Below, piece by piece: positions 11,722 to 20,465 of a stretch of DNA of 64,000 bases (position 1 is its first letter; each line of letters starts with the position of its first letter). Below the pieces are notes generated by a model. It was not told where the DNA came from, did not search any database, and saw nothing but the letters and a program-made list of their open reading frames with translations. The translations under genes were made by a program, and so were the position numbers. This DNA is from an uncultured delta proteobacterium (lineage in GTDB: Bacteria; Myxococcota; Myxococcia; Myxococcales; Myxococcaceae): NCBI GenBank assembly GCA_963776345.1, contig CAVZMH010000016.1, positions 672,001-736,000 on the forward strand, written 5' to 3'.

Positions 11722-13509
11722 ATGACTCTCCGGACCGGCCTCTTCTCGTTGCTGCTCCTCGGCTCCGCCGGAGCGGCCCCCACGGCTCCACGGCCCTCGG
11801 GCGCGCTGGCCACGCTGCTGGCCGAGGACTGGGAGTACCACCTCTCGCGGAGCCCGACGTACGCGTCGATCCTCGGCGATCGCCGCTGGAACGACCGGTG
11901 GGACGACCTGTCGGCGGAGGCCCTCGAGGGGGACCACCGGCACGACGTCGCCTTCTTGGAGAAGCTCGCGAAGCTGACCAAGGGCAAGCTCTCCGACGCC
12001 GATCGGCTCAACGCCGAGCTCATTGGCCGGGACCACCGGGAGCTCGTCGAGGCATATGCGCTCGGGCTGCGGTTCCTCCCGCTGAACCACCTCCGCGGGC
12101 TGCCCGAGGGCACGGGCGAGTTCCCCGGGGTGCAGAACGCGGGGCAGCTCGGGAAGCAGCTCCGCTTCACCACGCTCGAGGACTACCGCGACTGGGTGGC
12201 CCGGCTGGACGGCTTCGGCGCGTACGTCGACCAGACCATTGCCCTTCTGCACGAGGGCGTCCGGCGGAAGATGGTGCACCCGCGGGTGGTGCTGGAGCGC
12301 ATCCCTCTGCAGCTCGACGCCCTCATCGCCGCCGCGCCGGCGGCGACGCCCTTCTACGCGCCGTTCACCCGGATGCCGGAGTCGCTCCCCGAGGCCGAGC
12401 GCAAGACGCTCGCCCAGACCGCCGAGCGGATCATCCGCGAGCGGGTCCAGCCGGCCTACCGACGGCTCCGCGACTTCGTCGTCGCGACCTACCTGCCGGC
12501 GGCGCCGGTCGAGGTCGGGGTCGGGCGCTGGCCGGACGGAGAGCGCCTCTACGCCTGGTGGGCGCGGCACTACACCACGACGGACATCACGCCGGAGCAG
12601 GCGCACCAGCTGGGCATCTCCGAGGTGGCGCGCATCCGGGCCGAGATGGAGGCGGTGAAGGCGCGGGCGGGGTTCAAGGGGACGCTGGCCGAGTACTTCC
12701 AGCGCCTCCGGACCGACCCGCGCTACTTCTTCAAGACGGCCGACGAGCTGCTGCTCCACTCGCGCGACCTCGCCAAGCGCATCGACCCGCGGCTGGTCCG
12801 GCTGTTCGGGACGCTGCCCCGCGCCCCGTACGGCGTCGAGCCCACCCCGGCGGCGATGGCCCCGGACGCGACCGCCGGCTTCTACTACCCGGGCGCGGAG
12901 GACGGCTCGCGAGCCGGCACCTACTGGGTGAACACCTACCGGCCCGAGACGCGCCCCCGGTGGGAGATGGTGCCGCTCACCCTGCACGAGGCGGTCCCCG
13001 GGCACCACCTCCAGGTCTCGCTCGCGGCCGAACAACAAGACTTGCCCGCCTTCCGCCGCCACCGCTACGACGTCGCGTTCGGCGAGGGATGGGGGCTCTA
13101 CTCCGAGGGGCTGGCCGACGAGCTGGGGCTGGTGGACGACCCGGCGGACAAGGCCGGGCAGCTGACCTACGAGATGTGGCGCGCGGTCCGGCTGGTGGTC
13201 GACACCGGGATGCACGTGAAGGGCTGGAGCCGCGCCCGGGCCATCCAGTACTTCCTGGAGAACACTCCGCGGCAAGATCTCGACGTCACCAACGAGGTGG
13301 ACCGGTACATCGCCTACCCGGGGCAGGCGCTGGCCTACAAGGTGGGCCAGCTCAAGCTGCGCGAGCTCCGGGCGCGGGCGGAGAAAGCGCTCGGCCCGCG
13401 GTTCGACGTCCGCGCCTTCCACGACGCGGTGCTGCTCCAGGGCTCGCTGCCGCTTGACGTGCTCGAGCGGCGCATCGACGCCTGGATCTCCTCGCAGAAG
13501 CCGCACTGA
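11722..13509 (+). CDS. DUF885 family secreted protein (metallopeptidase-like)
   Basis: Signal peptide; HEAVPGHHLQ, EGWGLYSE, RLVVDTGMH, EVDRYI.YPGQALAYKVG, FHDAVL..GSLPL. Confidence 0.92.
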   Translation: MTLRTGLFSLLLLGSAGAAPTAPRPSGALATLLAEDWEYHLSRSPTYASILGDRRWNDRWDDLSAEALEGDHRHDVAFLEKLAKLTKGKLSDADRLNAELIGRDHRELVEAYALGLRFLPLNHLRGLPEGTGEFPGVQNAGQLGKQLRFTTLEDYRDWVARLDGFGAYVDQTIALLHEGVRRKMVHPRVVLERIPLQLDALIAAAPAATPFYAPFTRMPESLPEAERKTLAQTAERIIRERVQPAYRRLRDFVVATYLPAAPVEVGVGRWPDGERLYAWWARHYTTTDITPEQAHQLGISEVARIRAEMEAVKARAGFKGTLAEYFQRLRTDPRYFFKTADELLLHSRDLAKRIDPRLVRLFGTLPRAPYGVEPTPAAMAPDATAGFYYPGAEDGSRAGTYWVNTYRPETRPRWEMVPLTLHEAVPGHHLQVSLAAEQQDLPAFRRHRYDVAFGEGWGLYSEGLADELGLVDDPADKAGQLTYEMWRAVRLVVDTGMHVKGWSRARAIQYFLENTPRQDLDVTNEVDRYIAYPGQALAYKVGQLKLRELRARAEKALGPRFDVRAFHDAVLLQGSLPLDVLERRIDAWISSQKPH

Positions 13510-13627
13510 ACGGGCGCCCGTCCCGTTCCCGGCCACTGCCGCCGGCCACCCCTCCCCCGCCCGCGGCGGCCTTCGGGCGTGTCTCGCTGTGGTAGGACCC
13601 GCGCTGCCGGCGCCTCTCGCCGGCGAG

Positions 13628-14800
13628 ATGCGTCGAGCATGCAAGCCCCTCCTGGCAGCGCGGCGCGCGTGCTGCCTGCTTCTCCTGGCGGGGTGCGCCG
13701 CGGTGGAGCCGCGCTCCGTCTCCCCCGACCTCGGTGAGCCGCTCTTCGAGCCCGGCTGGTTCCTCCGCGGCCCCTTCGCTCTCGAGCCCGCGCTCTGCTC
13801 CCTGGCGACCGTGGGCCTCGACGTGACGGTGCTCCCGGCCGAGCTGTCTCCGCCCCGACACCCCCGTGGGCTCGAGGAGGCCTGCCGGGCGGCGGCCGAG
13901 CCGATCGCGCCCTCGTCGACGGGGAGCCGCGGGGAGTGGGTCCGGCTGGAGGCAGCGGCAGCCTGGGCCGCGGATCCGCTCCGGATGGAGGCGCGGCAGA
14001 CCGAGGTGCTCGCGGTGATCCACCGGGCGCCCGAGGCCAGGGGCATCGCCATCCTCTTCGCCGGTCTGGCGATGCCGGCGGACAGCGAGGTGATGCGGCG
14101 CTTCGCCGACGCCTTCGCCCGACGAGGCTGGCTCGCCGCGGTGGTCCTCCGGGACGATTCGATCTCCGGGTTCGACCCCCGGTGGGAGGCGCACCGCGGG
14201 CTGGCGCTGGCGCGAGAGCTCGGGCGGGTATGCACGCCGGGCCGGGAGCCGCCGCTCGCCTTCCTCGGGCTCTCGATGGGCGGCCTCGAGGCGCTGCTCG
14301 CCGCACGCGACGCCCCGGCGAGCACCGAGCGCGCCGAGGCCCGGGCCGTGGTCCTGGACCCGGTGCTGGACTCCGCCCTGGTGGCCGCCCACCTCGACGG
14401 CGCGTTCCACGACGTCTCCACCGACGCGATGCAGACCTACTTCCAGCGCATCATGGCCGGCCGTTACCGGGTGGCTCCCGTTCGCTTCGCCGAGGCAATC
14501 ATCCGCGCTCCCCCGACGGGACAGATGACCACTCCGGGGAAGGACGAGCCCTCGACCTGGCTCTGCCAGGGGCCCGTGGACCGCTACGCCGTCTTCCTCT
14601 CCCGGACCGACCCCGTGCTGGGAGATGCCCAGCGCGCCGGACTCGAGGCCCAGGGCTTCCGCTTCCGGCGGACGGAGGCGGCCGGCCACATCCCGCTCGC
14701 CTGCGACCTCTCGCTGTTCGAGACCATGGTGGACGCCGCCACCGGGGCGCTCCCCCCGGGCACCCCGCGCTGCGGCGGCGCGAGCCGGCCGCCGGGCTGA
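13628..14800 (+). CDS. Putative lipoprotein with alpha/beta-hydrolase fold
   Basis: LLLAGC lipobox, GLSMGG nucleophile elbow, DPV and GH near C-terminus; start uncertain. Confidence 0.55.
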   Translation: MRRACKPLLAARRACCLLLLAGCAAVEPRSVSPDLGEPLFEPGWFLRGPFALEPALCSLATVGLDVTVLPAELSPPRHPRGLEEACRAAAEPIAPSSTGSRGEWVRLEAAAAWAADPLRMEARQTEVLAVIHRAPEARGIAILFAGLAMPADSEVMRRFADAFARRGWLAAVVLRDDSISGFDPRWEAHRGLALARELGRVCTPGREPPLAFLGLSMGGLEALLAARDAPASTERAEARAVVLDPVLDSALVAAHLDGAFHDVSTDAMQTYFQRIMAGRYRVAPVRFAEAIIRAPPTGQMTTPGKDEPSTWLCQGPVDRYAVFLSRTDPVLGDAQRAGLEAQGFRFRRTEAAGHIPLACDLSLFETMVDAATGALPPGTPRCGGASRPPG

Positions 14801-14828
14801 CGGCCGCGGCAGTCGGCGCACGGGTGGT

Positions 14829-15314
14829 TCAGCGGGGCAGAGGATGCCCGAGGGAGCGGAACAGCTCGTCGAGCTCCACCCGGTGGCTCGCGTCGTGCTC
14901 GGCCATCAGCTCGGCCAGCCGCTGGACGGTGATGGTCCCGTGCTCGGCGAGCGTCGCGGTCCGGGCGAGCGCGGCGTCGTCGAGCCCCGAGAGGACGGCG
15001 AGGTTCCGGGCCCGGGCCTCGGCGAAGGCCTGCATCGCCGCCGCGAGGTCCTGGGCCGGGTAGGCCCGCCGCGCGGCCACGGCGCCTCCGTCGAAGTCGT
15101 CGAGCGACGGCCGGTCCTCGCGCAGCATCCGCCGGATCCGGAGCGTGTAGCCCTCCTCCTCCAGGTCGCGCAGGTGGCAGCCGTGCTCCACCAGCGAGAA
15201 CACGCCGGGCGACGGCTGGCGCGTCCACTCGGCCCGCGGAAGGCGCTCCGCGCACACCCGGAGGAAGCGGGGCATCGTTCCGAGCCGGTCGATCAGCGCA
15301 CCCGGGAGCATCAA
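14829..15314 (-). CDS. DinB family protein
   Basis: FSLVEHGCHLRDLE and HDASH metal-histidine pattern; coupled to racemase stop. Confidence 0.8.
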   Translation of the reverse strand: MMLPGALIDRLGTMPRFLRVCAERLPRAEWTRQPSPGVFSLVEHGCHLRDLEEEGYTLRIRRMLREDRPSLDDFDGGAVAARRAYPAQDLAAAMQAFAEARARNLAVLSGLDDAALARTATLAEHGTITVQRLAELMAEHDASHRVELDELFRSLGHPLPR

Positions 15315-16003
15315 TCCTCCAGCGCCCGGTCCGCGGCGGCCAGGGCGTGCAGCGTCGTGGTGTCGAACACCGGGACCGGGACGTCGGGCCCGGAGAGCGC
15401 CATGGGGAGCTCGGTGCAGCCGAGGATGACGCCGCCCACGCCTCGGTCGACCAGCCGGAGGGCCATCTCCCGGACTGCGCGGCGGGAGGCCTCGGTGACC
15501 GTCCCGTGCACCAGCTCGTCGAAGATGATCCGGTGCAGCAGCTCCCGCTCCGCCGGGCCGGGGACCAGCGTCTCGACGCCGCGCGCCGCGAGCCGGTCCA
15601 CGTAGAACCCGTCCTCCATCGTGAAGCGAGTCGCGAGGAGGCCCACCCGGCGGACACCGGCCCGGGAGATGGCCGCCGCCGTGACGTCGACGAGGTGCAG
15701 GAAGGGGACGCCGACCGCGCGCTCGATCCTCGCGGCCACCCGGTGGAGCGTGTTGGTGCAGAGGACGATGAGCTCCGCCCCGCCGGCCTCGAGCCGCCCG
15801 GCTGCCCCGGCCAGGAGATCACCCGCCTCGTCCCATCGCCCGCTCCGCATCAGCGCCTCGACGTCCGCGAAGTCGACGCTGAAGAGGAGGAGCCGGGCGG
15901 AGTGGAAGCCGCCCAGGCGCTCGGCGATCCGCCGGTTGATGAGCTGGTAGTACGGCACCGTCGACTGCCAGCTCATCCCGCCGAGGAGGCCGAGCGTCTT
16001 CAC
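15311..16003 (-). CDS. Aspartate/glutamate racemase family protein (YgeA-like)
   Basis: KTLGLLGGMSWQST, LCTNT and LGCTE (both catalytic Cys), FDTT.LHA; GTG start at 16003. Confidence 0.92.
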   Translation of the reverse strand: MKTLGLLGGMSWQSTVPYYQLINRRIAERLGGFHSARLLLFSVDFADVEALMRSGRWDEAGDLLAGAAGRLEAGGAELIVLCTNTLHRVAARIERAVGVPFLHLVDVTAAAISRAGVRRVGLLATRFTMEDGFYVDRLAARGVETLVPGPAERELLHRIIFDELVHGTVTEASRRAVREMALRLVDRGVGGVILGCTELPMALSGPDVPVPVFDTTTLHALAAADRALED

Positions 16004-16314
16004 CCGGCCTCCTCGGACCGCTTGAAGTGAGAGCTGCGGACGACCTCGGCCACGTCCATCTCGTAGAACTCGTACCACCGTTCCCGGCCGCGCCGCTGCG
16101 CCTCGAGGTGCCGGGGGTGCGTCTTCCAGCTCCGGAGCGACTCCTGGTCCCGGAACCAGACCAGCGTCAGCCGCTCGCCATCCGTCGCCCGGTAGGACTT
16201 GTGGGCCACGTACCCGGACTGCTCGTGGACCAGGCGCTCCAGCTCCGCGTCCAGGTCCTGGTAGTCCTGGCCGGCCGCGGGCGTGAGCCGGGAGCGGAAG
16301 ATGATGATCACCAT
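16000..16314 (-). CDS. Antibiotic biosynthesis monooxygenase (ABM) family protein
   Basis: WKTHPRHLEAQRRGRERWY motif, 104 aa, GTGA overlap with racemase. Confidence 0.85.
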   Translation of the reverse strand: MVIIIFRSRLTPAAGQDYQDLDAELERLVHEQSGYVAHKSYRATDGERLTLVWFRDQESLRSWKTHPRHLEAQRRGRERWYEFYEMDVAEVVRSSHFKRSEEAG

Positions 16315-16421
16315 GCGGGGGATGGTAGCGAGACGCCCTCACCGGTCACAGGTACAGACCGGGCCCGCTCGGGCTGGATCGACCGCCATGGACCGCCCGG
16401 CCTGCGGGCGCCCGCCGACGC

Positions 16422-17348
16422 TCAGGCCTCGACCGTCTCCGCGACTCCTCCGAGCACCACGTGCTCCAGCAGGGCCTTCTGGACGTGCAGCCGGTTCTCC
16501 GCCTCCTCGAAGACGCGAGACTGCGGCCCCTCGAGCACCTCGGCGCTGATCTCCTCGCCCCGGTGCGCCGGAAGGCAGTGGAGCACCACCGCGCCGGGCC
16601 GGGCCCGGGCGAGCAGCGCGGCGTCCACGGTGAAGCCCTGGAAGGCCTTCAGCCGCGCGGCCGCCTCGGCCTCCTGCCCCATGCTGGTCCACACGTCGGT
16701 CACCACCACGTCGGCCCCGGCCACCGCCTCGCGCGGCTCCCCGGTGAGCACCAGATGCCGGCCGGCGGCCTCGACCTCCGCGGGCGGGGGGCGGAACGCC
16801 GGGGGGGACCCGAGCTGCAGCGTGAAGTCGAACAGTGGCGCGGCCTCCACGAACGACCGGGCCATGTTGCCCGAGCCGTCCCCCACGAAGGCGATGCGCC
16901 GCCCCGCGATCGCGCCGATCGCCTCCTCCACGGTGAAGAGGTCGGTGAGCACCTGCACCGGGTGTCCGCCGTCGGTCAGCCCGTTGATGACCGGGACCGA
17001 GCTCCAGCGCACGAACTCCTCGAGACGCGCGTCGGCCGTCGTCCGCATCACCACCACGTCGGAGTAGGAGGAGACGACCCGCGCGGTGTCGGAGAGCGGC
17101 TCGCCGCGGGCGAGCTGGCTGGTGCTCGCGCTCAGCTCGATGGCGTGGCCTCCGAGCTGGAAGGCGGCGGCGGCGAACGAGAGCCGGGTCCGGGTGCTGG
17201 CCTTCTCCATCAGGAGGACGACGGTCTTGCCCGCGAGCGAGTCCTCGAGGTGCCCCTCGCGCCGCCGGCGCTTGAGCTGCGCGGCGCGCGCGAACAGGCG
17301 GCGGATCTCCCCGCGGTCGAGGTCCGTCATCCGGAGGAAATGCCTCAT
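16422..17348 (-). CDS. argF: Ornithine carbamoyltransferase
   Basis: STRTR, HPVQ, TDVWTSMGQE, HCLPAHRGEE, AENRLH. Confidence 0.96.
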   Translation of the reverse strand: MRHFLRMTDLDRGEIRRLFARAAQLKRRRREGHLEDSLAGKTVVLLMEKASTRTRLSFAAAAFQLGGHAIELSASTSQLARGEPLSDTARVVSSYSDVVVMRTTADARLEEFVRWSSVPVINGLTDGGHPVQVLTDLFTVEEAIGAIAGRRIAFVGDGSGNMARSFVEAAPLFDFTLQLGSPPAFRPPPAEVEAAGRHLVLTGEPREAVAGADVVVTDVWTSMGQEAEAAARLKAFQGFTVDAALLARARPGAVVLHCLPAHRGEEISAEVLEGPQSRVFEEAENRLHVQKALLEHVVLGGVAETVEA

Positions 17349-18784
17349 CGGGCCACCCCGGAGAGCGTGGTGAACAGCTGGGCGAGTCGCGGGACGGCCG
17401 CCGCCGCCGTCCCGGCCTCCGCCGCGGTCTGACGGAGCGCGGCGATCTGCCGCTCGACCTCGACCGGCCCGGTGGAGCCCGCACTGCGCTTGCCGGCGAC
17501 CGACGCGCGGACGTCGCCGACCGAGGCCAGGGCCGTGGCCAGCTCCGGGTCCAGCTCGCGGGCGAGGTCCTGGGCCTGCATCAGCCCCAGGCCGGCGCCC
17601 TGCGCCCGGCGGACCAGGGTGCCGACCCTCCGGTACGCCGAGCGGAACGGGACGCCTGCCCGGACCAGCGCCTCGGCCACGTCGGTCGCCTGGGTGAAGT
17701 CCCGGTCCAGCGCCGCCCGGCAGCGGTCGGGGTCGAAGCGGATGCGCGGGATGGCCACCCGCAGCGCGCCGAGCACCGCGAGCACGTTGGCCGCGGTGCC
17801 GAGCAGCGGCGCCCGGTCCTCCTGGAGGTCGCGGTTGTAGCCGCCGGGGAGCCCCTTGAGGGTGGTGAAGAGCTGCACCAGCGCGCCCACGCCCTGCCCG
17901 CTGCGGCCGCGCACCAGCTCGAAGACGTCCGGGTTCTTCTTCTGCGGCATCAGGCTCGACCCGCAGGCGATGGCGTCGTCGAGAACGAGGAAGCCGAACT
18001 CGCTCGAGGCGAAGTCCACCACGTCGGTGGCCAGCCGCGAGGCGTGCAGAAGGAACCGGCTCGCGGCGTAGACGAAGTCCAGGACGAAGTCCCGGTCCCC
18101 CACCGTGTCCAGGCCGTTGAGGGTGAGTCGCGAGAAGCCGAGCAATTCTTGCGGAATGCGCCGGTCGGTCGGCAGCGACGTGCCGGCGATGGCCCCGACG
18201 CCCAGCGGCGAGGCGTCCACCTGGCCGAGGGCGAAGCGCATCGCCTCGACGTCACGGGCGAACATCGCGCCGTACGCCGCCCACCAGTAGCCGGCGCTCA
18301 CCGGCTGCGCCCGCTGCCGATGGGTGTACGCCGGGAGCAGCACCTGGCCGTCGGTCTCGGCGCGAGCGGCGACCAGGGCGAGCAGCTCGGAGAGCCCGCC
18401 GAGCACGTCGGCGCAGCGCTCGCGGACGAACAGCCGGAGGTCGAGCGCCACCTGGTCGTTCCGGGAGCGGCCGGTGTGGAGGAAGCCGGCGACGTCACCC
18501 AGGCGGCGCGTCAGCTCGGCCTCCACCGCCATGTGCACGTCCTCCTCACCCGCGGGGATGAAGGCGCCCGACTCGGCGTCGCGCCACAGACCGACCAGGC
18601 CGTCGTGGATCACCCGCGCCGCCTCGGCGGGGACGATGCCCTGGCGGGAGAGCATCGCCAGATGCGCCATCGAGCCCACCAGGTCCTCGCGCAGGAGCGC
18701 CCGGTCCTGCTCCAGCGAGCTGGAGAAGGCGAGCACCTCGGGGAGGAGTCCCGGGCCGCCGGCCGCGTCGGTCTTGGCGATCAA
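17345..18784 (-). CDS. argH: Argininosuccinate lyase
   Basis: EDVHMAVE, HTGRSRNDQ, YTH.QRAQP, GSSLMPQKKNPD, YNRDLQED; TTG start overlapping argG stop. Confidence 0.95.
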   Translation of the reverse strand: MIAKTDAAGGPGLLPEVLAFSSSLEQDRALLREDLVGSMAHLAMLSRQGIVPAEAARVIHDGLVGLWRDAESGAFIPAGEEDVHMAVEAELTRRLGDVAGFLHTGRSRNDQVALDLRLFVRERCADVLGGLSELLALVAARAETDGQVLLPAYTHRQRAQPVSAGYWWAAYGAMFARDVEAMRFALGQVDASPLGVGAIAGTSLPTDRRIPQELLGFSRLTLNGLDTVGDRDFVLDFVYAASRFLLHASRLATDVVDFASSEFGFLVLDDAIACGSSLMPQKKNPDVFELVRGRSGQGVGALVQLFTTLKGLPGGYNRDLQEDRAPLLGTAANVLAVLGALRVAIPRIRFDPDRCRAALDRDFTQATDVAEALVRAGVPFRSAYRRVGTLVRRAQGAGLGLMQAQDLARELDPELATALASVGDVRASVAGKRSAGSTGPVEVERQIAALRQTAAEAGTAAAAVPRLAQLFTTLSGVAR

Positions 18785-19983
18785 GCCCCTCCCCCGTGCA
18801 GGCGGCTGTATTCCTGGAGCTGGAGGCCGAGGAGGTTGATGAATCCCTCGGCGGCGCGGTGGTCGAACTTGTCCTCCCGGCCATAGGTGGAGAGGAGCTT
18901 GTTGTAGACGCCGAACTCGGAGGTCCGGCCCACCACCCGGAGCGACGCCTTGTGCAGCTTGAGCGTCACCTCGCCCGTCACGTAGCGGTCGTTCTCGTCG
19001 TTGAAGGCCTGGATGGCCCGGCGGAGCGGCGAGAACCAGAACCCGTCGTAGGTGAGCTGGGCGAAGGTGGTGTCGAGCTGCGCCTTGGTCCTCGCCGACA
19101 GGCCGAGGGTGGTGAATCGCTCGAGGTCCTGGTGCGCGGCGATCAGCGTCACCGCGGCCGGGCACTCGTAGGTCTCGCGGCTCTTGATGCCGACCACCCG
19201 GTTCTCCATCAGGTCGATGCGGCCGACGCCGTGGAGACCCGCGAAGTCGCCCACCCTGGCGATCAGTCTGGCGGGCGACAGACGCTCGCCGTTCACCGAC
19301 ACCGGATAGCCCGCCTCGAAGCCGATGCGGATGAGCCCCGGCTCGGCGGGCGCGTCCTTCCACGATTTCGTCCAGGCGAACGCCTCCTCCGGGGGCTCGG
19401 TGTTGGGGTCCTCGAGGACGCCGCCCTCGATGCTCCGGCCCCAGAGGTTCTCGTCGATGCTGAACGGGCTCTTGCGGGTGGTGGGCACCGCGATGCCGTG
19501 TTTCTGGGCGTAGTCCATTGCTTCGTCGCGGCTGATGTTCCGCTCGCGCTGGGGGGCGATGATCTTCAGCGCCGGGTCGAGGCCCTTCACCGCCAGATCG
19601 AACCGCACCTGGTCGTTGCCCTTGCCGGTCGCGCCGTGGGCCACCGCGGTCGCCCCGTGCTTGTGGGCGATCTCCACCAGGTGCTTGGCGATGAGCGGAC
19701 GGCTGAGGGCGGCGGACAGGGGATACACGCCCTCGTACAGCGCGTTGGCCTGGAGCGCGGGGAAGCAGAAGTCCTTCGCGAACTCCTCCTTGGCGTCCAC
19801 CATCTCCATGGCGATGGCGCCAGCGGCCTTGGCCCGCTCGGTCAGCGCCTTGGCGTCTCGTGCCTCGCCCACGTCGGCGTGGCAGCACACCACGTCGTAG
19901 CCGTAGTCCACCGAGAGCACCCGGACCAGGACGGACGTGTCCAGCCCTCCCGAGTACGCGAGCACGATCTTCTCTCTCTTCAT
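18781..19983 (-). CDS. argG: Argininosuccinate synthase
   Basis: LAYSGGLDTS, HGATGKGNDQVRF, SIDENLWGRSIEGG, ENRVVGIKSRE. Confidence 0.98.
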   Translation of the reverse strand: MKREKIVLAYSGGLDTSVLVRVLSVDYGYDVVCCHADVGEARDAKALTERAKAAGAIAMEMVDAKEEFAKDFCFPALQANALYEGVYPLSAALSRPLIAKHLVEIAHKHGATAVAHGATGKGNDQVRFDLAVKGLDPALKIIAPQRERNISRDEAMDYAQKHGIAVPTTRKSPFSIDENLWGRSIEGGVLEDPNTEPPEEAFAWTKSWKDAPAEPGLIRIGFEAGYPVSVNGERLSPARLIARVGDFAGLHGVGRIDLMENRVVGIKSRETYECPAAVTLIAAHQDLERFTTLGLSARTKAQLDTTFAQLTYDGFWFSPLRRAIQAFNDENDRYVTGEVTLKLHKASLRVVGRTSEFGVYNKLLSTYGREDKFDHRAAEGFINLLGLQLQEYSRLHGGGA

Positions 19984-20465
19984 GACCTTCTTCCCTTCCG
20001 GAGGAGTCCCTGGAGGACCCTGGTGAGCCTCGACGCCGAGGCAGCCTGCATCGGGGCGACGAACACCGTGTCGTCGCCGGCAATCGTTCCCAGCACCTCG
20101 GGCAGCCGCGCCTGGTCCAGCGCCAGCGCCACCGCCGGAGCGGCGCCGGGCGTGGTGTGCACCACCACCAGGGCGCCGTTGTCCCGGACTCCGCGCACCA
20201 GCGGGTCCAGCGCCTCGAGCAGCCCGGGCTGGGCCACCGTCGGGCCCTCGACCGGGAGCTCGTAGACGGTGCCACCCTCGGCGCCGGGAGCGCGGCGGGC
20301 GCCGAGGCGGGCGAGGTCGCGAGAGAGCGTCCCCTGGGTCACGTCGAAGCCCCGATCGGAGAGCAGCGCGCGGAGGTCCTCCTGCGTCGCCACCTTGCGG
20401 CCGCGGATGAGCCGCCGGATCGCCTCCCGGCGCGCGTCGGTGGTCTGTTCCTCGCGGGCCCTCAT
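19980..20465 (-). CDS. argR: Arginine repressor
   Basis: TQEDL, VTQGTLSRDL, GTIAGDDT. Confidence 0.95.
   Translation of the reverse strand: MRAREEQTTDARREAIRRLIRGRKVATQEDLRALLSDRGFDVTQGTLSRDLARLGARRAPGAEGGTVYELPVEGPTVAQPGLLEALDPLVRGVRDNGALVVVHTTPGAAPAVALALDQARLPEVLGTIAGDDTVFVAPMQAASASRLTRVLQGLLRKGRRS

Noticed and set aside
17345..20275. 976-aa ArgH, and apparent GT-WcaJ (45494..48055) and ArgC-ArgJ (20462..23737) fusions in the ORF track
   Set aside because: Open-frame extensions or frameshift by-products; each real gene has its own plausible start
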